Source of the DNA: Batkoa obscura
Taxonomy: Eukaryota
NCBI GenBank assembly: GCA_030770535.1
Contig: JASVEC010000124.1
Coordinates: 1-45,107, forward strand
Length of the DNA stretch: 45,107 nucleotides
Direction of reading: 5' to 3'
Shown: positions 32,071-43,432 of the stretch, piece by piece
Position numbering within the stretch: position 1 is the first letter of the stretch
Layout of the letters: every line of letters starts with the position of its first letter
Position numbers and translations under genes: made by a program
Notes under the pieces: generated by a model
What the model saw: the letters and a program-made list of their open reading frames with translations, nothing else
Database searches by the model: none
Told to the model about the DNA's origin: nothing

Positions 32071-32169
32071 TGCGAATGTTTTTTTTAGTTTCATTATTTT
32101 TTCATTTTTTTAAGCGCTATTTGAGTAAGAAGATTGTTAGTAAAATCTTAAACAAAAAATACAGCCCCA
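32071..32169 (-). mobile_element. MITE copy
   Basis: TGCGAATGTTTTTTTTAG...TAAGCGCTATTTGAG...AAAAAATACAGCCCCA|TA. Confidence 0.75.
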
Positions 32170-32959
32170 TATACAGGATTATGGATTTTTACCTTTGCTT
32201 TAAATGAACCAGGTTAAAACAGGTTTTAGTTCAATTTTTCTTATTCTTGCCAAAAAGTTGAAAAAAGCACCTCTTACTTCATTTTAGATCTTTTATTTGA
32301 ATTTTGAAGACAGTATCTTCTTATCTATCTTCTCACCTCTCTTTCCACAACCTATACGTCCAGTTCAATTAAACCAAAGTGATAACACCCCGACTTTTAA
32401 ATCAAAATTATACTTTTTAAAACAATAGTAAATGCTAATCCCATAATGAAAATTTAACTTGAAAGCATTTGGAATAGAATTCTACCTATAGAATATCTCT
32501 AAAGAAATGTTTTTATATGCAAAATCTATATAAAAATTTGATGATTCATCTAAAAAATATAGGAAATGCCGTCTGAAAGAAATAATTTGAAAGACAAACC
32601 TACTGAACTGAAATATATAGTTGCATAAATATAAAAATAATAATAAAAAATAAAATATTGATGGAGTTGAATGGGGGGAGAGGCAGGAGTATTGGTTAAT
32701 AGAGCTGACTGCGTTAAATTGTATAGAATTTTCAATCAAATCTATGATACACTTGTTTATTATGCTCTCTATAGTTTCTCATTAAATTCCTTACTCAAAT
32801 TTGATAAGGTTCTTTTTGATTTATCGCCTTCAAGTATAATTGAAAAAGTTTGTGTTTAGTTTATTATATAAGATGAAAAAATGATGAAAGCTAATGTTAT
32901 TTTCATTCTAAAATCTTTATAGATTTAAACTATATTAACTACTTTTTATTAACTAACTT

Positions 32960-33300
32960 TATAATGAGTATCTTGGACAGTAAACTTAGCACTAAAGTTC
33001 ATAAATCATTAATCACTTGGCTGTCTGAAGGCCAACAAAGAGAGAGCTTAGAGCTAAAAGCGATCTTAAGCATCAATCAAACGAGCCGAAACCATCAAAT
33101 CTGTTTAACTATTTACATCATTACCTTGGACCACGTCTATCATTAAGCTCTCAAAACCTTAAACCAATCCCACAACTCAGAAACAGTAAGAAAAAAGTCG
33201 GGTAGCATAAACTCCTGAATTTACTAAAGGGTATCCAGTTATCAAAATCAAGCTATCCAAATACCCTTGTTAATCAAATTCAAGTTGGTTACTCAAATAT
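32960..33300 (+). mobile_element. Degraded non-LTR retrotransposon (LINE) fragment, end of RT/thumb region
   Basis: ILDSKLSTKVHK...ELKAIL...CLTIY, followed in shifted frames by GPRL and ETVRKK, resembles the LINE pattern GVILDSKLxWxxHI...LxxY..IRP.L...LE.VQ. Multiple frameshifts. Confidence 0.45.
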
Positions 33301-34856
33301 ATTTGCGATTAGATGAAGTAACATGGACTTATTTAGTGCTTTTAAACAATTATTGTTTGATATAATCTTACTGTTAATTGTGCCAAAGCTCTACATTTAA
33401 AAATAGAAACTAAAATTTAACGTTATATAAGTATTCAAACTCCAGCAAGAATAAATGATTACTTTCGAAATATTATACAATTTTATAGCTGCTTTCAAAA
33501 TAGAAAACAGATAATAAAATCAATAAGGCATAAGGGGGAGGGGTAGGAAGAAATTACCAAACTACGGGGAGTAGAGTAACTCAAGGATATTCAGTCTTTG
33601 AATGGCAGATTGGTACACATTGGCTTTGTGTTCTACTTTCTAAGTTAGTTTAGGGGAAAAAAAGGAAGATATGACAGTGGAGAGGGGTAAACATATTATC
33701 TTCTGATGATTTTATGCATTAAGGGTGAATAATCCAAAGGCCAGCTCACAAAAAATATTGAGGATATTTAAATCTTTTGAAATTTGAATTAATTAACGAT
33801 GTCTAATGTTATTTTTTAAATATTACTTATGTCATAGCCTCATAATAGTACAAAATTTCAACTTAGACGATACCAATCTATGGGATATGCCAACTAAGCT
33901 AATAAAATACTATTGTCTCAGTAAAAGTTGTAGGAGTCCTTTTCAACCACTCATCTAATAGTTATTGAACTATTAGTATGCAAGAAATAAGGCTAACATC
34001 AATAGTCTTTATGAGAACTTGTAGCATCTTTACTATTATGTTTATCGCAAATCTGATCTAATTGAAAATAGCTGTCTAGTTTAGAGCAGTGGAATGCTCC
34101 AAGTATTCAAAATAACTTAATAAGTAGGACCGGTTCTATTTTTAAACTTCAAGCAATTCAAATGATTAGTAATAAAGGGTGGTACTTTAGAATTGATACT
34201 TATTTTAAGTGCTGATACAATATTATGATATTTGAAATATTGATGCATTGAGGTACCATAAGTTATAATGTGGGTGCAGATCAAATTATTGTCAAAAGTT
34301 TAAAGAACATCAATAATATTTAAGTATAAATAACATTTGGATTATTACAAAATAAACTAATTGTATTATTTGAATGTGCATAATATATAATTTATTGACA
34401 ATTATGGAGTTTTTAAATTCATTGATAAAACTGGACCGGAAATTTATACTTAAATAAATATTTTAGTAGTTTTATCTTTGTAATTTGTTTTATTAACCAT
34501 TTTATTATTGATATAATTTCTTAATATTAGAAGAAACAATATAAAAATGAATACATTTTAGTTTTACAACTCTGTTTATTATTAATAAGCAAGTATAGTG
34601 CTTGGCTATTAACTAATTGTATAACTTAAAACAACTTTGTAGTATTGAAACTTGGTCTTTATATTATTTTTTATTTAATTTTAATTCTTAGCTTAGTTAC
34701 AACTGTGGAAAATTTAACTAAAAGTGGGCTAGTCTTACTTGGAACAAGCTAACAGTAAATAACACTACCCCAATTTCTGATTTTGCCCCTGAATTTTGTT
34801 GGTACTATAAAACCTTCAATTTAGAAATTATCTAATTTTACATATTTTTATTATCA

Positions 34857-35474
34857 ATGAGATTACCATCTTTGCTATTAACGGTAGTAATCACCTCGAT
34901 AAATGCCGCTCCAATACTAGAGAAAAGAGGTTTGATAGGTGCGTTAACTGGAAATACTAACGGACAGTCAACTAGCACAGGAAGCGCAACTGGCCAAGCT
35001 AATGGGCCTGGTGCTTCGTTTGGAAGCAGTGCATTTACAGGCACTAATGAAACGAACGGAAGTACAGCAATTCAAGGAAGTACTTATCCTCCAGGAACGA
35101 CCCCAGTGGCAAGTTCTGGCGTAAGTTACAATGCTAATGGGAATGGAGGCTCAAATTATGGCTCTGTATCTCAAGGTTCAAATTACTCTACTAGTTCTAG
35201 CTTCCAATCCCAATCTCCCAATGGCTTTGCTACAGGTGGTGGAGCTTCTAATGGTAATATGATCTTAAATACGATAGGATTATCGAATTCTTATGGCGGC
35301 GCAATTTCAGCTAATGATCAACAGGGTATTGCTGTAGCAGGTGGTGTTTCTCAAGGTGTTGGTATTGCTGGTACACCTATATCCACTACGGTAACTATTG
35401 GTGGGTCACTATCACTAGGTCCTGGATATACAACAAATCAATATTCTCAAAATCAAGTATATAGTAGCTACTAA
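34857..35474 (+). CDS. Secreted Gly/Ser-rich protein with Kex2-type propeptide
   Basis: Signal peptide ending INA-AP, then dibasic LEKR; low-complexity G/S/N/T body. Confidence 0.78.
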   Translation: MRLPSLLLTVVITSINAAPILEKRGLIGALTGNTNGQSTSTGSATGQANGPGASFGSSAFTGTNETNGSTAIQGSTYPPGTTPVASSGVSYNANGNGGSNYGSVSQGSNYSTSSSFQSQSPNGFATGGGASNGNMILNTIGLSNSYGGAISANDQQGIAVAGGVSQGVGIAGTPISTTVTIGGSLSLGPGYTTNQYSQNQVYSSY

Positions 35475-35836
35475 TCTTTCAAATATCAACTAATTTTATT
35501 GACTATTCAAAAACACTAATAAACTATATGTGATTTTATATTATATAAAGTACTGGTTTCAAAGAGAATTTTTTTTATAAATTTCTTAAAGCATAAAACC
35601 TTTAATTTAGAAAATGAATATATCATCTTTAACTAAATAGTTTAACAAACAAACATTTAACTTATTCTACAATCTTTTATTAAATATTCTATTATAGTCC
35701 CAATATAAGCTATTTAGGTCGATATTTTTTTATGAAATTTAAATTTACTGAAAATATTTCATATGAGGTTTAACATATTTCTAATATTACAAAGTAAGGA
35801 CGTATTTTATAAGCCTATCTAATTGAGTTATCTATA

Positions 35837-35937
35837 TGGAGATAAATTTTTTTATTTAAGAATTTCACTAACAGTTTTTCCGCCCAAACGGGGTTCAAAA
35901 AATGGAAAAAGTGATAAAACTATAAAAGATATCCCCA
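35837..35937 (+). mobile_element. MITE copy
   Basis: TA|TGGAGATA...TTTAAGAATTTCACTAACAGTTTTTCCGCCCAAA...AATGGAAAAA...ATATCCCCA|TA. Confidence 0.7.
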
Positions 35938-36122
35938 TATTAAGATTAATAATAAAACAGAATTGAATTTTTTTGCAGATAAATAAGCGTTTTTAATCTA
36001 TTGAACTTTACTATTAATTTTAATAAAAACATTGGTTGAGTTTGTAACCTTATAGCAGAAATTGAACATGTATTTAAAAATACTAACTTCAGACCATATC
36101 AAAAATCCATGTTATAAATTTA

Positions 36123-36155
36123 AGTAAAATTCTTAAACACAAAAATACATCCCCA
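36123..36155 (-). mobile_element. Truncated MITE end
   Basis: AGTAAAATTCTTAAACACAAAAATACATCCCCA, a close match to the consensus terminus. Confidence 0.65.
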
Positions 36156-36603
36156 TTGTTTAAAATGTATCATATTTTTAAGTTTCTTCAGGAGACAACT
36201 CTCAAGTGATAAACAAAGTTTATAATAAAAAATGATTAGATAAAGGGGGTGTCTTACCATAAAGATAAAGTATATCTACCTTTACGACTTTTGTCTAACC
36301 TAACTTTTGAAAAATCGAAATCGGTCTCCCAAGGAATATGCTATTCAATAAACATGGGGTAGGCTGAAGGGACTGGTTTCTCTAATGAAAAGAAAAGACC
36401 CAAAAGGGTTTTTTAGGTGGTCCATATGACTGAGAAGCTGAAATACGCTAAAAAGGTAAAATGAAAGTTCTGCAAATAACTAACAAAAATCTATCCTTAA
36501 AATTAAAATAACTAATCATTATTATTATTAACAAAGTCAGTTATATTCCCAAATTTAAAGCTTGTTTTTGATTAATTTCGATTATTACATGAGATTAAAC
36601 ATA

Positions 36604-36701
36604 TGGGAGTGTTTTTTTTGACTTCATTATTTTTTCCATCTTTTAAGCGCTGTTTGAGTGGAAAGGTCGATAATAAAATTCCTAAAAAAAATACAACCTC
36701 T
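36604..36701 (-). mobile_element. MITE copy
   Basis: TA|TGGGAGTGTTTTTTTTGACTTCATT...TTTTAAGCGCTGTTTGAGTGGAAA...ATACAACCTCT|TA. Confidence 0.8.
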
Positions 36702-36867
36702 TATCTTGACTCCATTCTGCTTTAATTTCTGTACATCAAAATTTTATTTTACAAATAAAAATCCATATGTAACATAAACCTTGAAAAACATACCGAAAAT
36801 ATAAAACGACCAACAAAAAATTACTGCTTTACTATTTAAATAAAGATTTATTATTCGGGTACTCTTT

Positions 36868-37338
36868 TTAACTGAGCATGTAACCAATAGCCAATGTAGT
36901 AAACATAACATTAACGTAGCCAGATTGAAATAGCATAATTGAATTATTCGAATTAAGGGAACTAGAATCACTGGATTTAAGGCTATCAGTACCAGAACTA
37001 GCTGAACTTGCACTGGCATTAGAACTACTAATACTGCTCATTCTATCCATACCATCATCAGTTCCAGAGGTTGATGCACTAGAGCTATTATCAGAGGTTT
37101 GAGTAGCAGTTAAAACTGGACTTGAACTCATTGTGTTTCCAGAAGCATCTGTAGCGGAAGAATCATTTATCGGAGTATGGCTTCTAGTATGAGTACGTGA
37201 GCCCTTGTTACTCATATTTATACCATTATTGGTGCCATCATTTGGACTCAGCTGAGTACTGAATATAGAATCATTATTATTAGATTGAGCAGCAATTAGA
37301 GTAAAGAATAAAATATAAATTATAGTATTAAAACGCAT
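36868..37338 (-). CDS. Ser/Thr-rich predicted GPI-anchored surface protein, paralog 1
   Basis: MRFNTIIYILFFTLIAAQS signal peptide; S/T/D-rich core; hydrophobic C-terminal tail. Confidence 0.8.
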   Translation of the reverse strand: MRFNTIIYILFFTLIAAQSNNNDSIFSTQLSPNDGTNNGINMSNKGSRTHTRSHTPINDSSATDASGNTMSSSPVLTATQTSDNSSSASTSGTDDGMDRMSSISSSNASASSASSGTDSLKSSDSSSLNSNNSIMLFQSGYVNVMFTTLAIGYMLS

Positions 37339-37438
37339 TTTTGTATTTAAAGTTAAAAGTTGATTATTATTATTATTATTATTTTGATTTTTTTATTGTT
37401 ATTTTGACTTTCTTAGTATTTTTATATACCAAAATTTT

Positions 37439-37538
37439 TGCCAAGCTATTTTTTATTAATCATTTATACACTTGATCTATCCACTTATCATTTCTTTGTA
37501 TGCTGGGTAGTTATGCTAGCTAGCTTTTTTTTCTTGGC
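37439..37538. promoter_or_regulatory. Inverted GCCAAG pair upstream of paralog 1 (PacC/Rim101-like)
   Basis: TGCCAAG at 37439-37445 and CTTGGC at 37533-37538, next to the TATA box at ~37420-37430. Confidence 0.4.
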
Positions 37539-38958
37539 TTGGATTAAGTGGAATGTTCATTCATATTAAGATTGGTTAAAAAACAGTATGAGTTTTAAGG
37601 CTATTGTTTAATAAGCATAATGACTAGGAAGTAGGAAAGCTTCAAAAGCAAGTTGAACACTAAGGGTAGTAGTTAGTAAGATAAAATAAAAGGTTTTCTT
37701 GTCATAATATAGATGGATTCGGTTTATCTATTACGTTGATGCTCTTATATAAAATAATCAAACTGTTATAATAATTTCTTAATTTAGGCTTCATTTGATT
37801 TAAAAATATAACTTAATTAAACAAATTACTAAAAATAAAGTTTTTGGAGTTTCTGAAAAAAAAATTTTATTGAAAACAGGGGAAAATGCAAATTGTTACA
37901 GCTCATTACGACTTTTTTAGTGGCGGTTTTTATAGCCTATATATTATATAGTCAATTTTTTTTAATGCCTGATTTATATATTTTAAATAAATTTGCTACG
38001 AAATTTTTACTAAATTAAAAATTAAAAAGATCATAAAAGAACTGCAATAACTTAAATAAATTAAAATTCATTCATTTTAAGAAAATATTATGGTCCCCAA
38101 ATCCATTTTAAACTATAATTATCGCCTATCTAATTTATTTAATAGAGTTTTAAAAACAAAAGATTTCAATTAATAAGGTTTTAAACATTGAGATTCTTTG
38201 GCTTGGATTAGATATGGTTTAAAGCATCCACTGCTAATTAAAATACTAGTACTAAATATAATGTTTTATTTTTAAAATTCTATTGAAATTCCAATTGAAT
38301 TTAGATCAAAAGCTCATATTTATCTCAGTCTCAGTTCCTTTTTACAAATATCACAAAGTAACGATAAATGCTAAAAAAACAATACCTTTTCTGGTGATGT
38401 TTAAAGCTAACCATGATTTTTTTTTACAAACCAGAACCCAGATAAAACTGTGTAATTTTTTTAGAGCTTACCCTGTCGTTTAAACTTGTCGTATTTACCT
38501 TTTTAGTCTGATCTTTGGGACCTAGTATTTGAGTTTTTGATTTAAGTTTTGACTATATTTATATGATAGTTTTTTAATAGATTTTCATTTTTTTGCCTTT
38601 CTATTAATAACCTCTAGTAAATAATAACGATTTAAAGGGGCCGGCAATATCCACATATTGCCATAAATACTATCTCACAGTTGGAAAGTAATGTCTTAAA
38701 AAATAAGTATTTAAGTTGTAAAGTGGGCTCGATTATTACATTTTTAAAAGGATTAAAATTTTCAAGTATTTGAATTATTAATATTTGTAAATTTATTATA
38801 AGATTCATACCTTATTTATCTGCCTTTATTTATAACAACAATGCTATTATGTTATATAAAGGCGTAATTAAAGATGTTGATATATTATATTTTATACTTA
38901 AGAAAACTTTAAAAAATAATTTGATAAAAAATATTTATTATTATTAAAAAAAACTCAG

Positions 38959-39477
38959 CTAATTTACAAGATAGCTAACAAAAATAGTAGTAAAAAAGGA
39001 AACTAAATAATTGGACTTGATCATAACTCCAGAACTATTAAGATCCACAATAGTGTTTGTAGTAGAACCGGTATCGCTACTTCTTTTAGTCAATATAGAG
39101 GTACTACTTGAAGTGTAAGAGCCACCAGTTGAGCTTGATCCAGAACTAGTGCTATTAGAGTCAGAATCAGCTGAACTAGAGTCATCACTAGCTGAAGTTG
39201 AAGGGGGTCCACTATCATCAGTAGTTGGGGTAGCTATGAAAGTTACATTAGTGATAATACCATTACCAAATGTACTTGTATCTGTAGAATCAGTAACTGT
39301 AGTTGGAAATCCACTGAGAGAAGTATTAGAACTATTAGTATCCATTATAGAATCTGTACTTTGTAAATCGGAACCACTATCAGTTATGGTTTGTGTACTT
39401 GAGTTACTATCCGTGTTACTTGATTGTGCAGTAATTAAAGTAAAGAATAATGGTAAAATTAAAGTGTTGAAACGCAT
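38959..39477 (-). CDS. Ser/Thr-rich predicted GPI-anchored surface protein, paralog 2
   Basis: MRFNTLILPLFFTLITAQS; C-terminal NSSG followed by YLVSFFTTIFVSYLVN. Confidence 0.82.
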   Translation of the reverse strand: MRFNTLILPLFFTLITAQSSNTDSNSSTQTITDSGSDLQSTDSIMDTNSSNTSLSGFPTTVTDSTDTSTFGNGIITNVTFIATPTTDDSGPPSTSASDDSSSADSDSNSTSSGSSSTGGSYTSSSTSILTKRSSDTGSTTNTIVDLNSSGVMIKSNYLVSFFTTIFVSYLVN

Positions 39478-39568
39478 ATATGATTAGGGTAAAATATTAA
39501 TTTTTTTATAATTAATAAAGTTAATTTTCGATAGCTTTTATAACGCTTGTTCGAAACATGGTGCTTCA

Positions 39569-39622
39569 TGCCAAGCCAATCCTAAAAGGAGCATTGATTT
39601 ATTTCAAATAAAGAGCCTTGGC
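39569..39622. promoter_or_regulatory. Inverted GCCAAG pair upstream of paralog 2
   Basis: TGCCAAG at 39569-39575, GGAGCATT in between, CTTGGC at 39617-39622 (41-bp spacer). Confidence 0.45.
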
Positions 39623-39731
39623 TGTTTGTAAATATATATTAATAAATATATATTTGATACGATTTAATAGAAATTAAACTTAAATTAGTAATTTTAATTA
39701 ATTTTAATAGTTTTACTGGGATATTAATAAT

Positions 39732-39826
39732 TGAAGATGTTTTTTTGGCTTCACCACCTATTTATTTTTTGTGCTATTTAAGTGAAAAGATTGTTAGTAA
39801 AATTCTTAGACACAAAACATATTCCG
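39732..39826 (-). mobile_element. MITE copy (degenerate)
   Basis: TGAAGATGTTTTTTTGGCTTCA...GTGCTATTTAAGTGAAAAGATTGTTAGTAAAATTCTTAGACACAAAACAT. Confidence 0.7.
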
Positions 39827-40786
39827 TTGTTTGTTGATAATGATCAATTTTCTTTATTTAAGGTCAAAGCTAAAGGCCTATTTAAATAAAATTAGAAGCT
39901 CCCTGTTTGATTTTCTTATGGATAGTCCTAAACAAAAAAATATTTGTAATGGTGGTTAACTATAACTTTCAAAGCAAAAAAAATCGATGTATAAACCAAA
40001 TTACTCACTAAATATATATCTCTTTGTTTTCATCTTTTTTATAAAAAGTAAACGTAATTTAATTCATTAATGTTTTAGAGTAAATTTAAAGGACTTAATC
40101 AGGGTACAACTACAATATTTACAATTGTTTAAAATTTCAAATTAACACTATGTCAATATTTTAGTTTAATGTTGTTAAGTTAATTGCATCTTTTACTATT
40201 AAGAGGTTTTCAAATAATCTATTTTTAATATAGAAAACGGTAAAATTGTACATCTGCTATAATAAAAAAATTTACTATAAAAAGAACTGAGTTTTAAGCT
40301 AGATAAATTTTAATCAATGATGTATCAAAAAACAGGAATAAAACTGTTACAACCAAAAACTTTCACTATTTTAACACTTGGCTATCAACAATGAGTATGA
40401 TTAGTGATTGTTTTTTAAAGCAAGACTAAGAAAAGTTAAACTCATTCAATTTGGCAGTCAAAAGACTACTTTAATTAAACTTATTTTCTCAAATTAATTT
40501 AGCACCCAAAGATTAAGGATCGTCCCAATAATTTAAAATAAATATTTTTTAGATTCAAAAGGATCTCAACATATAGGTTTTTTAAAAACTTAGTATTTCG
40601 AATTTTTTAAATGACACTTGTGTATTCATATAATAAATCTTTAAATTCTTAAGTTTTTTACTTATAAGGAAAGACATACTACTTTTAAAAGCGTGCTATA
40701 ATTGAACTTATTAACAGTGTTTATTTTGTTAAAAGGCCAAAATAAAAAAGTAGCTTAAAATAATACACATTTATTAAAAAACTCTA

Positions 40787-41542
40787 TCAATTTAAAAGAT
40801 AGCGAATAATAATAGTAATAAGGAATGAAACAAAATAATTGTACTTAAGTGTAAATCCAGAGCTATTAGAACTCACAACAATATTTGTAGTAGAAATGAA
40901 GTTTTTAATTGTTGTGGTCAATGTATAGGTACTACTTCTAGTATAAGGGCCATCAGTTAGATTTGATGAAGGATTACTGACACTGGAGCTTGAGCTTGAA
41001 TCGGTTGAACTAACATTAGAACTAGTTGAGCTAGAATCAGATGAAGTTGACCCAGATGTAGTATTGTTGGTTGCAGTTGAAATAGATACATTATTGTCAG
41101 TTAAAGTTGAAGAAGGCATACCATTATCCATAGTTAAAGTATATACAGTCCCATTGATTGAAGTAGAGTCAAACACATTGCCATTGACTGAATTTGGAGC
41201 AGATATAATACCATCAGTTGAAGTTGAAGACAGTGGTGGATCCTCCATGATTAGTGTAGATGTGAAAATTACGTTTTTAGTTGGTGTAATTGTAAAAATC
41301 TTATCTGTAGTTGGAGTAGATGTAAAGTTAACATGAGCAATCATACCACTACTAAAAATATTTCTAGTACTCAAACCAGTCATTGTAGTTGATATTTGAC
41401 TATCTGAAATACTAGAATTATCAGCTGAAACTATTGAATTGGTCTCACTATCGACACTAACTAAAATAGAAGTACCTATACTACTTGATTGTACAGTGAT
41501 TAAATTAAAGAATAAAGACAGTATTAAATTATTGAAACGCAT
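40787..41542 (-). CDS. Ser/Thr-rich predicted GPI-anchored surface protein, paralog 3
   Basis: MRFNNLILSLFFNLITVQS; C-terminal NSSG followed by YFVSFLITIIIRYLLN. Confidence 0.75.
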   Translation of the reverse strand: MRFNNLILSLFFNLITVQSSSIGTSILVSVDSETNSIVSADNSSISDSQISTTMTGLSTRNIFSSGMIAHVNFTSTPTTDKIFTITPTKNVIFTSTLIMEDPPLSSTSTDGIISAPNSVNGNVFDSTSINGTVYTLTMDNGMPSSTLTDNNVSISTATNNTTSGSTSSDSSSTSSNVSSTDSSSSSSVSNPSSNLTDGPYTRSSTYTLTTTIKNFISTTNIVVSSNSSGFTLKYNYFVSFLITIIIRYLLN

Positions 41543-42066
41543 ATTGTATTAAAGTAAAAGATTAATTTTTTATGTTTAATAATATTCATTTTCGAAAGCT
41601 TTTATATTAAAAACTTGATAATTTTATGCCAATTGGCTTCAAAAATGAGCATTATTTCAAAATAAAATCCTCAACTATCTTAAATCTATTTGTTATCTTT
41701 TTCTTGATTGAATTAGTTGCATTTAAATGATTCTATTAAGATAATTTGTCATCAATATTTTATAATGAATTTATAAAATATGATATTACATATGGCTCAT
41801 AAACTCAATATGTAAGAAGCTAATTACATATTAAAATAAAATTAAGGCATCTAGATGCAATCAATTCTATGATTTAATAGAAATAAGGCTTTAAATAGAA
41901 TATTCATTTCAATGGCGTTAGCAGCATTTCAATATTTTTTAAAAGTGATCATCTATACTTTAACTATAAACAAAGTTAAAAGTCTAGCTATGTAAAAACA
42001 TAGGCTCTCAAGTACTTTTTTATAGGTACTACTGATATAATTAAAAGAGGATTTTTTTACACGATT

Positions 42067-42165
42067 TGGGGATGTATTTTTTGTTTAAGAATTTTACTAT
42101 CAATCTTTTCACTCAAATAGCACTTAAAGATAGAAAAATTAATGAAACCAGAAAAAACATCCTCA
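42067..42165 (+). mobile_element. MITE copy
   Basis: TGGGGATGTATTTTTTGTTTAAGAATTTTACT...CTCAAATAGCACTTAAAG...AAAAAACATCCTCA. Confidence 0.8.
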
Positions 42166-42293
42166 AATCAAGTAAATCCACGTTCAAATCAACAGTAGTT
42201 TGATAACAAAATATTTTAAGATACAAGAGAAATCCATCTTTAAATTTAAAAGTAAGATTCAAATACTATACACATTTATTAGAAAAAACTTAA

Positions 42294-42782
42294 TTAATAT
42301 ACAAGATAACCAAGGGCCATAGTAGTAAAAAAGGAAACTAAATAGCTGGACTTAATTGTCAATCCAGAGCTACTATTGTCTACATTTGGTTTACTTGAGA
42401 AGGTAGAAACTGAAACAGTACTTCTAGTAGTTGTTGAGGTACTACTTGGAGTGTAAGAGCCATCAGTAGAACTTGATGAAGAGCTGATGCTACTTGAATC
42501 AGTTGAATCAGTTGTAGTGGATGCACTAGAATCAGTTGAGGTTGAAGTAGAAGTAGTACTATCAGTTGAAGTAGAAGTAGAAGTTACGTCAGTAGTTATA
42601 CTACTTCCAGAAGTATTTGTGGTGCTTGAATCAGTAATTGTAGTTGGTGTTTGAGTCCCTAGAGTACTTGAATCAGTACCACTAAGGGTACTAGCTGAAG
42701 TAGTAGAGGTAGCATCTGTAACACTTGATTGTGCAGCAATCAAAGTAAGGATTGAAGATAAAATTAAAGGATTGAATTTCAT
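42294..42782 (-). CDS. Ser/Thr-rich predicted GPI-anchored surface protein, paralog 4
   Basis: MKFNPLILSSILTLIAAQS; core of almost only S/T/D; C-terminal NSSSG followed by YLVSFFTTMALGYLVY. Confidence 0.82.
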   Translation of the reverse strand: MKFNPLILSSILTLIAAQSSVTDATSTTSASTLSGTDSSTLGTQTPTTITDSSTTNTSGSSITTDVTSTSTSTDSTTSTSTSTDSSASTTTDSTDSSSISSSSSSTDGSYTPSSTSTTTRSTVSVSTFSSKPNVDNSSSGLTIKSSYLVSFFTTMALGYLVY

Positions 42783-42872
42783 GTTATATTAAAGAAATTT
42801 GTAATTTATTTTAATAATTGATAATGTTCATTTTCAATAGTTTTTATATAGTTTTAAAACTGGTTAATTTCA

Positions 42873-42926
42873 TGCCAAGTTCTTCTAAATAGGGAGCATT
42901 ATTCTTTTTAAAATAGAATTCTTGGC
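42873..42926. promoter_or_regulatory. Inverted GCCAAG pair upstream of paralog 4
   Basis: TGCCAAG at 42873-42879, GGAGCATT in between, CTTGGC at 42921-42926 (41-bp spacer). Confidence 0.45.
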
Positions 42927-43337
42927 TTTTCAGAATCTATTTTTATTTTATGTATTGAGATGATTTAATATAGTTCACCAATCATTTTAATTGAGATATT
43001 ATGGGTCCATTTTAAAATGTGGTGATATTTTTTTATTTGTCATTTTATTCTACTGTGATTTAATAATGGAGGTGTTTAGCGAAGGAATTAACAATTTTAA
43101 ATGAAAACAGTTACAAACTAAAAAATAAACTGTATTGAAATTAATTCAATGAAACTATATTATTAATAATGTGAATATTCTATTTTTTATTGTAACAGCC
43201 GTTTTTTTCTATAATGTATTTATATAATGGAATAATAGATGATATAGAGAACACTTAATTTTAATTTTTATAATAACAAATAGTTTACAGTTAATATAAA
43301 ATTAAGAAAAAAATGTTAAAAAACTACAATGAACATA

Positions 43338-43432
43338 TGGAAGTGTTTATTTTGACTTCATCACTTTTTCCATTTTTTAAGCACTATTCGAACGGAAAAT
43401 TTGTTAGTAATTATACAAAAAATACATCCCCG
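43338..43432 (-). mobile_element. MITE copy
   Basis: TA|TGGAAGTGTTTATTTTGACTTCA...AAAAAATACATCCCCG|TA. Confidence 0.8.

Noticed and set aside
31192..41336. Antisense or alternate-frame hydrophobic ORFs over the Ser/Thr/Gly-rich genes
   Set aside because: Expected shadows of low-complexity codons.
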